From Geosiphon pyriformis uo1 (Eukaryota > Fungi > Glomeromycota): 64,000 bases of DNA. The stretch spans positions 938,635 to 1,002,634 of the forward strand of contig JAAOMT010000617.1 of assembly GCA_016748015.1 (NCBI GenBank), written 5' to 3'. The stretch's first letter is position 1. Every line of letters begins with the position of its first letter. This document shows positions 1 to 11,391 of the stretch, one piece after another. The notes beneath the pieces are model-generated. The model made no database searches. It was given only the letters and a program-made list of their open reading frames with translations, and had not been told where the DNA came from. A program made the position numbers and the translations under genes.

Positions 1-227
1 TAGGTATATCGCGTGTGTTACCAAAAAAACTTGATTAAATATGAAAGGTGAAACTTGAAAGATTGGGAAGCTTAACTTTAGTGGTTAGTGGTTAATGGTT
101 TTACCACTCTTGGTGTTATTACATTTTTAAAAATTAAGATGACCCCAAAAAGGTAACTTTTTTCCATTAACAGGTATAATGATCTTTTAAAACCATAACA
201 TAACATTGTCAACTGCAGCAAAAACGA

Positions 228-229
228 CC

Positions 230-262
<33 letters not shown>

Positions 263-345
263 AACAATAAACAACAACAACAACAACAAAAACCACTGCA
301 ATAACAACAACTGCAACGACGACAACAATAACAACAACCCCGACA
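228..345. repeat. (CAA)n microsatellite, imperfect
   Basis: Direct read of caacaacaa... runs; explains the spurious ORFs 78..296 and 187..372. Confidence 0.9.
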
Positions 346-1160
346 AATAATAATAAATTTGCGAATTTTCAAAATGGCATCCTTATCTTCTCTAATTGGT
401 TTAATATTGAGGAAAATATTATGATTTGATAAGCTTCAGATCAAAATTTTTTTACCACTATTATAAAATACCAGTATTTCTTTTAATGACTAATCCTGAC
501 CTTAATCATTAGTAATATGTGAGTCAGTTATTGTCAGTTCATTCTAAAACAGCCTCAACAAGGGTCTTTGAATTGAATGATTTGAAACAAGCCACAAGGT
601 TTTAATAAGCACTTTTTAAGAAACAAAAAAGGTTCAAATGTTTATATATTGTCAGTTATTTATTTATTTATTTATTTATTTATTTCTCTCTCTCTCTCTC
701 TCTATAAATATATATATAAAAATAAAAAAAGCAAGATTTTCATTTTGTCTACTAATTTATTTTGTTTTCTCAATGATTGTTTCAAATCAAATCTTTTCCG
801 ATTAATTTGAACTTTTTTCTTTGTATTTTTAAATTATTTTTTTAATGATGCATACAAACAGTCAACATTTAAACATGTTTTGGTACCTGTTGAAATTTAA
901 ATATTTTCGGATAATATTTTGACATACAACTAACTAAGCCTCCAAATAGTCTAGAAGGAAAAGTTTAGTATTTTTCATGGGATGAAAAAAAAGAAATTCA
1001 AACGCTAAAAATTTAATGAAATAAAAAAAAAAACTCGTGATAATGCTCAGAATAAGAAAATTCATTTATTAATATCAATTTTTAATATAAAGAAAAAGAA
1101 AAAGAAAATGCAAATTAGAACAACCCTGAAACTTGATAAATTTTGAATATTAAACTTTTT

Positions 1161-1973
1161 TTATTGGAGTTGATCCATGAACCAAATATTTTTTATCCCA
1201 CCACCACCACCAACATTTATTTCAGGAAGAGAGTCTTGGGACGACAACGGGGGCAACGGTGACAACGATTCATCTCGTGATTTATCTTTCCAATGATGAT
1301 AATTCAAATGATCTTCTGAAGGATTCGTAATCATTCGATTTAATTCTTCAGTTTTAAAATAATGACTTTCTTGTTTTACCATCATCATTCTATCATTATC
1401 TACTATTCCATTTTGTAGAGGAATTTGGGGAGAAGGAGGTGGTGAAGATGTTTGTTGTTCTTTTTGTTGATAAGACGACGATGACGACGATGTTTGTCGT
1501 GGTGATGGTGAATAGTTGTAGTTACCATTTTCATACTCATCAATCATCATTTCAACCTGGGTATCAAAGTGATAATCCGTTGTTGTCATTGTAGTTTTTG
1601 TATTTCGATGATGATGATGATAGGATTGTGTTTGATTGGAAAAGTTTTTTGAGATTGGTTTATCATACTCCATCACCATCATAATTGTATCTTGATTCAA
1701 ATCTTCTTCTCTATCATCATCATCATCATCATATGATTCGGTGACAGGAACATAAATGGAGTAATTTTCTTTCTGTTGTGAATTGGTGATATAGATATAA
1801 CCATCATCATCTTCCAAAGAATCATCTAATTCATCTAAACAAGCGTCCAACCAATTTTCTTCATCTTTTTTTACGTCATCTTCATTCCAATCTACCATAA
1901 AATTCCCTGAATGAATATCATTATGTTGACGATATTGATTATTATTATTATAATTATAATTATTGTTGTTGTT

Positions 1974-2006
<33 letters not shown>

Positions 2007-2231
2007 GCTATCATTGAACTTTTCGTTCATGAAATTTTGAATCAATACCCAACGACATAAATCTACATTATCTTTTCTACCAGTTTGAAAAGAGTTTACT
2101 TTTCGATGAAATAAACGATAAATGTGGTCAACGAGATTGGTGTCAACCTTTGTCGAAGTAAATTTATGAAAATTATCCTGGTTTGAGGATGATAAAGAGG
2201 AAGAAATTGTAATTTCAGTTGCTGGTGCCAT
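1161..2231 (-). CDS. Hypothetical low-complexity protein (356 aa) with N-terminal SERTA-like motif and acidic EENWLDACLDEL segment
   Basis: Uninterrupted 356-aa ATG ORF in AT-rich DNA with CpGs retained. Motif IYRLFHRKV...VDLCRWVLIQNF resembles the SERTA core; the rest is N/D/S/Q-rich and likely disordered. Confidence 0.75.
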
Positions 2232-2790
2232 TTGAAAAAGATTTTTATTTTAAAAGGTTTATTATTTTGACGGGTTGATTTAAAATGAAGGGTTTCTTTT
2301 GTGAAAAGAAAAAAAACAGAGGTTCAAAGTTGTTGTATTAGTTGTTTTTGGTGCTTAAAAGAGATTCGAAATTATGAATAGCTTTTAAACAAAATGAGGA
2401 GATAAATATTAGTCGCTAAATTTTTAAGTTAAAAGATTTTTTTTTTTGATCGGTTAGAAAAATCAAAAGGTTTTTTTTAATTTCTCGTGTAAGCAACTTT
2501 TGAACTTCTGAAACGCCAAAAATGAGTGACTGAACAAACGCTTTATAACTAAAATACGAATGATCTACAACCCTTTTTACCCAATACGCATGGCACAGTT
2601 ATCAATGCCATCTTTTTTTAACTCCGATAATTTTTGAGCTGCGGTCTAGGGTGATGCTAGGGGATATTTGACTCCCGATCACGGGTCGTCCATATGAGTG
2701 TAAAAAAAAAAAAAAAACTAAAAAGGTTTTGTTTCTTTTAAAGAAACAAGACAGAGAAAGAGAAAGAGATTGGCGCTGTGCTGCTAATGT

Positions 2791-2817
2791 TTTTGAGCTG
2801 CTTGTTGCAGCTCAAAA
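2791..2817. promoter_or_regulatory. Perfect 11-bp inverted repeat TTTTGAGCTGC-N5-GCAGCTCAAAA, with a third half-site at 2632-2642
   Basis: Seen directly, 400-590 bp upstream of the 2231 start codon; regulatory role is inferred. Confidence 0.35.
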
Positions 2818-3199
2818 CTAAACAAACACATAAAAGCAATTTGGCAATATTCCTCTACTATGCACACGAGTCACTTTGTTTCAAGTCTTATAAACTAATA
2901 AAAATTTTTGAAATATATTATATATATAAGAGAAGGAAAATTTGTGACCAGTAAATATTCTAAATTAGTTTTAGTACTTTTTGTTTGTATTCGTTTTGTT
3001 GTGAGACCCCGAGTTTTCTTGTTCTTTTTAATTATTGGTACTGCTGCGGTGACAAATTAACAACCGGAAACCTGTTGTTTCTGTTTCTGTTCAAAAAAAT
3101 AAAAAATAAAAAAACGATTTTAATATAAATAAATGAAATATATATAAAACAGAATGTTCTATCAGTATTCGTTAATTTTAAAAATTAATAAATATATAA

Positions 3200-3220
3200 A
3201 TATATATATATATCTATCTA

Positions 3221-3281
<61 letters not shown>
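3200..3281. repeat. Compound (TA)n/(TCTA)n/(TC)n microsatellite
   Basis: Direct read. Confidence 0.9.
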
Positions 3282-3285
<4 letters not shown>

Positions 3286-3595
3286 GTCACATTAAAAATT
3301 TTGGTTGGGAAAGATTTTAGAGATTACGGAATAAAAAAGACAAGAAATTATTTATATAGACTTATCTTTTATCCCTCATAATAAATAATTTTTTTTATAA
3401 AGAAATTTTTTATCAAATATGGTATACTATCAAAAAAAAATTTTTTGTAATATCCCACTGCGGTTAAAAAATTTCTCATATGGAATGATGAAATAATCGT
3501 GGTTTAACAATGGCAAAGCAAAGAACTTGGGTTCGGAGAATAAAAAACTTGTATTACTTAATTGTCTTATATCTTGGAAGTCCACGTAAGAAAAG

Positions 3596-3655
<60 letters not shown>
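3596..3655. repeat. Poly(A) homopolymer of about 60 nt
   Basis: Direct read. Confidence 0.85.
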
Positions 3656-3657
<2 letters not shown>

Positions 3658-4186
3658 ACAAGAAAAATTCCAAAAGTTCAAATTAAAAATTAATTTTTTT
3701 TAAGGTTATATATTAAAAAATAAAAATAAAATCATAATAATTTTGTGTTGTTGTAAAAAAAAAATTTTCATCTTTTTGATTGGTCAAAATTTTTTTGAAT
3801 ATTACTTTTTTTGGGAACTTGACTTTTTTCCAAAAAAAATTACGTTTCTTATTTGGAAAATCGTTAAATTAAATTTGCCCAATTTTTTTGATCAACGACG
3901 AAGATGACATCGATCACGCATTTCTTTTTACAACATTACTCTTCAATTAAAAATTCCCGATTTCTTTGTACGATAATGTGATCATGCTTCATTTCTTGAA
4001 TAAATTTCTTTTTTTTTTTTTGACCATATGATTATGACAACTCTTGTATCATGAGATCATATGATTCATTCATATTAAACAGATAAAACATTGATAAATC
4101 TCTACTTGTCTCTGGGATCTTTTTTTTTTAATTTAATTTAATTTAAAGATCATATCAGATATTATTTTAATTAACAAACAAAATAA

Positions 4187-4887
4187 TCACTGATCCTTGA
4201 GTTCGGCAACAAATCTTAATCTCACATATCCAATCACCCATTTCTCTTCTGTTTCTTTGTACGCTACCACACGACACATTTCTTCCACTTCCCGTTTCAC
4301 CTCTTCTCGTTGTTCGATCGATAAGGGTGCCAGAAAAGCGAACCCAAAAGTTTCAATCCATCCGCTCAAAGAGGTAGGAAGTTCCGTTGGACGAGGAATT
4401 AGGTTGATAAATTTAACATGAAATGTTTCTTTAATTAAAAGCTTTGAATAGGATTCAGGCGTTGGAAAGTACCTTTAGAATAATATTTTTTATTTGTCAA
4501 GAATAAAAGATAAAATTTTTTAATTTAAAGTTTCATCAATTTTTTTTCCTAATGCTCACCATGGTGAAAATGATTTGCCATCAAAACCACGTTTGTTCAA
4601 CGCTGCAATAAGCGCATTTTCAATTTCTACATGATTCAAAAATTTCCCATTTTTAAAAGTGTATTGTTTTCCATGATTATTGTTCTTATTCTTGAAAAAG
4701 AAGAAGAGGAAAAGAAGAAGAAGAAGAAGAAGAAGAAGAAAAAGAAAAAGAAAAAGAAAAAGAAAAAGAAAAAGAAAAAGAAAAAGAAAAAGAAAAAGAA
4801 AAAGAAAAAGAAAAAGAAAAAGAAAAAGAAAAAGAAAAAGAAAAAGAAGAAGAATAGTAACAATAAAAAGAACAAAATAATAATAAC

Positions 4888-4967
<80 letters not shown>

Positions 4968-4985
4968 GAACAAAATAATAATAAC

Positions 4986-5073
<88 letters not shown>

Positions 5074-5621
5074 TTACTCTACCTTGACAATTTCCATAAC
5101 CACCCATTTCCCCAACAAATAATCCTCCAGGTTTCAAACATTTACGAACCCCACGAATAACTGATTCACCATCTTTCATCCAATGCAATGCTATTGAAAA
5201 TTTCATGATTAAATTTTTCTCAGTTTAATCATGAAATAAACAAAAATAAATAGTTTCTCTCACCAGCATTCGAAAAAACTTTATCAAATTTTCCTACAAA
5301 TCCTTCTCTCTCAATCCATTCTTCTAATAGTTCACAATCAACAATTCTAACATCACGACACCCATTTTTCTTGCTGGCATCAATCATTCTTGGACTCTTA
5401 TCCAACCCAATACATTCCTTACAAATCGATTGAATATGCAAGGTAAGAGTGCCATCACCACATCCAATATCTAAAATATGTTCATCTGGTTTGGCATCAA
5501 GAAAACTAATTAGATCAGAATGTGGAAGAATCGGAACAAAATTTCCATGGATGCTGTAATTTCTTGGAGACCATGGATCATGTAATTTTTCCCTATTTAT
5601 ATCGGATTTGGTAGATGTCAT
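4187..5621 (-). CDS. Class I SAM-dependent methyltransferase (trans-aconitate methyltransferase-like), 4 exons: 5621-5264, 5190-5083, 4626-4560, 4472-4187
   Basis: Motif I ILDIGCGDG. Three GT-AG introns restore the frame and give FDKVFSNAALHWM, LKPGGLFVGEMGG, SPWYFPTPESY, LIPRPTELP and a C-terminal YVRLRFVA. Confidence 0.92.
4713..5070. repeat. Compound (AAG)n/(AAAAAG)n/(AAT)n microsatellite filling intron 2 of the methyltransferase
   Basis: Direct read; lies inside the intron 4627-5082 defined by GTAGAG...TAG. Confidence 0.92.
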
Positions 5622-6142
5622 GATGATGATTATTATGTTAAGTTAATATAGATTATTAATCATTGAAATTTGAACTTTTTTACTCAAAATTCTAACTGAC
5701 AAAAAAAATATAGAGTTTTTATTTATTAAAAGGTTTAGATTTGTGTATTATTCTGAGGCATCAATCAAATTCGTTTACCATCTCAAAAAATTGACTCAAT
5801 ATTACCAGTTAAAATTTCCCACCATGATGTACATTCTCAATGATGATGTTTGGCGTGTAACAAACATTTTTAAGTTTTTCTTTTTGCAGGGTAACACTAA
5901 TTTTTTATTCATTGCAGCCTTCTATCTATCTAATTGACAATACGATCCTATTTGTATCGATTATCTGATTGCAGCAGGTCACCAGTGAAAGACGAGATTT
6001 TGAAGATAGGTCTGTTCAGTCCGGGTGCTGAAGAACATTGGTCAAGAGTTCTTTGGTGATTTCTACTTTTTAAGAACATCGGTTCTTATTAATTCTAGGC
6101 TGTGAAATATTTTATTGTTTTGCCAGAAGATACAGACAATTG

Positions 6143-6143
6143 A

Positions 6144-6216
<73 letters not shown>
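6143..6216. repeat. (ATT)n microsatellite
   Basis: Direct read. Confidence 0.9.
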
Positions 6217-6217
<1 letters not shown>

Positions 6218-7232
6218 GTGACTGAAACTTATTCATGCAAGGGTTACAAAGGTGAGTTAAAAGTTATTTTTAGCTGATAAACAGTTAATTGCAATTAATT
6301 TCAATGATCTCTTATATAGGAAATTCAAAAGTTAACGTTAAAAAAAAAAACCTAATCTCTTCAATCGCAAAGCTTTTTTCGATCGTGAACAGTCGGAAAT
6401 TTGTCACATTGTCACATGGGTGAAATCTTGATTAATTGAGACCCGGGATTGGTGAACAATTATCCTCCAACGATTGTATCACTTAAAAATGTTAGGTCGT
6501 GCCTTTATTTATCGTTAATCTTCGATCCCGTGTTAAAAACCTACATTCTTTTTTGCTTAGATTTTAGAAACGATAATTTATCTTTGCCATCTATTTATTT
6601 ACTTTTAAATTTTTTTTTTCATATTTACGTCCTTAAAATCTTTCATTGAAATCGTCTTAAAAAAAAAATTAATTTAATATGATTATCATGACCTGACTTT
6701 TCCTAATATAATTTAATCCTCTTTGCGATTGTAAATATGATTATGGTTCAATAGAAAAATATCAAAGACAATTTTTATCTTTGAAGGTAATAATTTAATT
6801 TTATATATATAATATAAATTTTTTTTTTGGTTGAATTATTTTAAAAAAAATTGTTTTGTAATATGTTTAATATTTTTATATTTATTTTTATTTATACTTA
6901 ATTGCTACCATTTTTTTTATTATAAAGAATCACTACTTTTTCTTTTGAATTGTAACTGGTTAAAAAATTTTGAAAATACAAAAATATCATCTTTTATAAT
7001 TTCCCAATAAAATTCTTTTTTTTTTTTTTTTTTTTTTTTGAGAAAAATTAATATATTTAAAAAAAAATTGTTTTTCATTTTTTTAACAAAGATTAATAAA
7101 AGAAAGTCAAAAACAATTTTAATTATCATTCATTTCGAATATTAAATCTAATTTTTAACAGGCTTCACATTTTTTTATAATGAAATCTCAAATTTTTCCT
7201 CTCCACTATTTTTATAGATGATTTCCAAGTTT

Positions 7233-9055
7233 TTATTGGCCGAATTTTGTTAATCCACTAGTAACGGAATACCCATTCATCCAATCCTTCACTGATATCT
7301 CATTTTTCTTTTCCATTTTCACTTTTCTACAACCAATACGTGTCCCACCGGCACAAATAATATGTAAAGAGCTCGTTTTTGAATCATAAATTATGGTTCC
7401 TGTTGGTAAGATTTCAGGTTCATGTTTTAATGTTTCATCATCGGGTAGAAACAGATCGTGCAATTGGATCATTTTTTCGTTAAAGGTTGTACGCAATGGA
7501 AACTATTACATCAAAGAGAAACTATTAATTAAATTGAAGGATATTGAACTTTATCCTTATTCAATCTCTCATGTTACCTGATGTGAAATTGCTCGATCTA
7601 AACGAATCACTCTATCAGCTGTCATCTTATCCCATTTTATAAATGACCTCTCTTTCCGGATTTTGAAAGCTCTAGTTACTTTAGATGTATCTTGTTCTTG
7701 GGCGTTAGCCTTTTCAGTGTGATTACAAAAAAATTTAAAAGAAATCAAATAACAAGGATTAATCATGCATTTCACTCACTTTACATTTTTCGAATTCACG
7801 TAATGTGTCTAGTAATAATTCCGCTCCTTTTGTTGCTAAAATCTCTTCTAGGGATAAGTAGTTTGCATTCAAGGGTATTGGCTATGCGAAAAAGATTGAT
7901 CAGATATTTGAAATGAACTCATAAACATTTTTATTTACGGTAAGCCGTGAAGTAGGAAAAGCAAAGTACCACCGTAATCTGTTTCAAAATTCTTCCGGCA
8001 TCGTAATAGGTCGGATGTATCTCTTGTAAAGTGATACCGGTCTCTAGATCTCCATTTTTTATTGCATACTGAATGGGTGAAGCCCCTCTATATCTTTTTC
8101 GTGAATTTGGACATGTAAATGAAAATGATTTTAAATAAAAATAAAATTATCTAGTTCTTACTTTGGTAATAATGATGGGTGAACATTAATGACATCTGAA
8201 ATTGCAGAAAGAACTTGAGGGGTCAAAAAATATCCAAATGATACAACAATCCCAATATCAAATGATAATGCATTGGAGGGTGTTGGCGGCTTAAATGATC
8301 AACAACAAAAAAAAAATTTTTATTACCAAATGTTCATTTTAGTTCTTAAATCATGAATATTTGACGTAAAAATTACCTTCCAGCCATCGAGACTTCGATC
8401 TGGTGCGTCATATATCCGTAATCCATGTTCCTCTGCAAATATTTTTGCGAGACCTGAATAAGAGATGACCCAAAGAAAAATTAAATTGATCTAACCCATA
8501 TTTTTCATAAAATGACATCCACACATACTTTTCTTGCTGGTCTTTAACCCACGTCCAACTATTCGATCAGGAGGTACCACAACCTCCAAAGAATTCACGA
8601 TTGATTGGTACCGGGCTTTTCCGTTATTAAGAAAATTAGCTTTAAAGATCCTTTTTATAAGAATTTTTTAATTATCGAATAATCTTTTTTCTTTTGTTTA
8701 CATTTTTCATCAACTAATGCTTTCAGGGAAGCCAAAGAAAAATTGTCTGATCCAAAAAAGAGGATGTTATATGGAGCTTTTATGTTTGGCTTGATCGCTG
8801 ATGAATTTGAAGAATAATTTCGTTGAAGATGAGGTCTTTTCTGTAATTTCTTTGTACAAAAAATCCCATTGAAGGATAAAAAATGTTTTCTTTGATGCCA
8901 TCGATCCAGTTTCTACAAAATAAATCATAGACCTTTAATTTTCTTTGTCTTCTTTTAATAAATCAAAATTTACATACTGGACTTATTCCATTTTCAAAGA
9001 AAAATTTACTAGATTTCGATAATCCGGTAAGGAATCCCGAGTTACGAATCATCAT
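7233..9055 (-). CDS. FMT1: Mitochondrial methionyl-tRNA formyltransferase, multi-exon
   Basis: Exon 1 (9055-8978) MMIRNSGFLTGLSKSSKFFFENGISP looks like a presequence. Exon 2 (8912-8702) has YNILFFGSDNFS. Later exons give VVVPPDRIVGRG, DIGIVVSFGYFL, NVHPSLLPKYRGASPIQY, ETGITLQ, DAGRILKQ and a C-terminal domain ending at TAA 7233. Confidence 0.9.
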
Positions 9056-9509
9056 AGGCTTGGGCAAATATTGACGTGCTTATTGGTGATATATAACTTG
9101 TCAATCGATCGTCCTATGAATCACTGGATCAGAATCGTGAAATATTGCTACGCTTAACTAGATATTCCGATGAATAGAATAAAAAAATTGGCTTCTATTT
9201 GATTTTTGAACAAGCTCAATTGATGAATTTTTTTCTTTATTTTCATTATAATAAAGTGTAATCTAATTACATATAATATAATATGTTATATTTTAAGTGT
9301 AAATTATGTATTTTTATATGTGACCAGTTATTTAAATTTATGTTAAAATTAGATACCAAAAATTTTTTAACTGCTTTAATATTTAAATTTAAATTAATAT
9401 TTATTTTGATTTTAACAGTCTTAAAACTTTTTGGTTAAATCAAAGTTATTTTAATTTTATAAATAATTAAAATTTAATAAAAATATGTATTAAAAAACCA
9501 CAATATAAT

Positions 9510-10180
9510 TAAAAAAAAACTCTTTTTCTCTCTTAATTTTATGATTATGATTAGAACAAAGAGTATAAAAGTTTTAAACATTACTTTTTCTATAATAACT
9601 AATAAAGTTTCAACAAAAAAAAATCTCTCTATTGTCAAAACAGCTAAGCAAAATGTTTTGACAATATTTTTTTTAAATATTGATAGTGTAAAGCTGTTTT
9701 TGGTAACTTCTAAAGCATTTTTTTATCTTTGATTGGTGATTTCTCTTCAGTCAAAATTTCTTTTAAAAGACACACTAAAGTTAATTTTAGTATTGTTTTT
9801 ACTCTCTCTAAAAGCCCCCAAAGTTTTTAATAATAAATTAGTTAACATGCTAGTTTTTTTTGCTCTTATCATTAATTTCTTTACAAATAGTTAAAAAGAC
9901 TAAAAACTTAAAAAAACAGCACAGTTACTAATATTTGCTGTTTTTATATCAAATCTTTTTATAATTCCAGATAAGATCTTAAATAAAATTTTCTCTAAAG
10001 CAATCAATTCTTTTTTTAATATAGACAACTACAATAATAACATATCTTTTAAAATAAGCAAAGATTAACTACTAATTGTATTGTTAAATATGGTGTTTTT
10101 TAATAAATTATTACTGTTTTAAAAAGTAAAACAACTTATTAGTTATTTGATTCTAAAAATTAAGCTGACCAAATAGTAAA
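9510..10180 (+). pseudogene. Heavily decayed 5' part of the ORF1-only non-LTR element
   Basis: MIMIRTKSIKV...NKVSTKKNLSIVKTAKQNVL...KLFLVTSKA aligns by eye with MTTTRAKSKKA...NKISTREALSVVEATRQNIL...KLPLVATES; same 'cttaatttt ATG' context as the copies at 38151 and 62218. Confidence 0.7.
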
Positions 10181-10199
10181 ACTTTAGTTGTAATTATAC

Positions 10200-11251
10200 A
10201 TAAAATGTCTTTTCAAAATAGATTTTTATTTGTAAATTTAATATAATTTAGTTTAAACTAAATTTGTGTTTAATTACATATAAAAAATACTTAATTTATA
10301 CTTAATTTAAAACAATTTTAAAAATTATATTATATTAAATAATAAGTAAATTTATATATTAAATATAATAAAAAAAATAATTTAAAAAATCACTTTTTTT
10401 TTAATTTTTATAATTACAATTAAAACAAAAAATAAAAAAGCTATATTTTTTTACTTTTATTATTATTTAAAGTAATTAATAGTTTTTTTATTAATAAAAC
10501 ACTAATTATTGTTTAAATAACCAAAAAAACCAACAATTTTTTATATTTTTAATATGTTTAATAACAACTTTTTTAAAATATCAAAAAGTTTTTTTTAATG
10601 TTTTTAATAATTTTAATTTTTTAAAGTCTGCTTTTTTGGCTTTTTTGCTAGTTTTGTATTATTAGTATTAATTATAATGCTTAATTTTGTTATAACTATA
10701 AATAATAAAAGTATATTAATCAATTTTAGTTTAAATTAACATTTGGTTATATTCTCTTATATGTTAATTTTTGGTCAATTTTTATTAATTTTAAAAACAA
10801 AACAAAGTATGTTTTTATTTAATTATATTATTAAATTACTTAATTTTAAAAATTAAGTTAAATAAATAAAAATAAAATCAACTTTTTTTTTGTTTTTTGG
10901 TACTGTTTTTAATAATATTTAAAAAACAATTATTAATTATTAAAAATTTATTACATAATTAATTTTTACTCTAATGTTTAGTGTTTTTTAAGATTAAATT
11001 ATCTTTATTAAATAATATTTAATCTATACATAATTTTATTAATATAAAATTTGTATTTAATAATAATATAAAACTTTTTTATATAAAGTTTGCTTTTTAA
11101 GTTTTTTTAAATATTGTATTTTTAACTAAACTTATTGGTTTTATTCTTTTTTTATTTTTAAAATAGCTAAGTTTTTGGTAATTTTCGAGTTTTTTTTTAC
11201 TGTTATTAATTTGTATAATATATTTTTAATATATATTTATAATTAAGATTA
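10200..11251. other. Near-pure A/T tract, probably terminally decayed repeat DNA
   Basis: Very few G/C, no ORFs; joins 38256 once the TSD-flanked composite is removed. Confidence 0.6.
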
Positions 11252-11391
11252 AAACAGTATTTTTTTTTTTTTTTTTTTTCGAGTGAGGTCCACACACAAC
11301 CTAGCACTATACATCAAAGAAATGATCTAAACTAGGCATGAATCATGCATTTTCTACATGTGACCAGCCGCTCGGGCCAGTCAGAACAACA

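Noticed and set aside
4556-5206. ORFs with poly-L/Y/K/F/I tracts (also 78-372 and 3154-3681)
   Set aside because: Translations of microsatellites and homopolymers; the real gene splices the tract out
5937-6260. Slightly GC-richer segment with possible splice signals upstream of the methyltransferase
   Set aside because: No coherent ORF or RNA-gene motif could be built
11300-11391. LINE 3' UTR as a hammerhead ribozyme (CTGA...GAAA present)
   Set aside because: Lacks the CUGANGA core and the required stem topology
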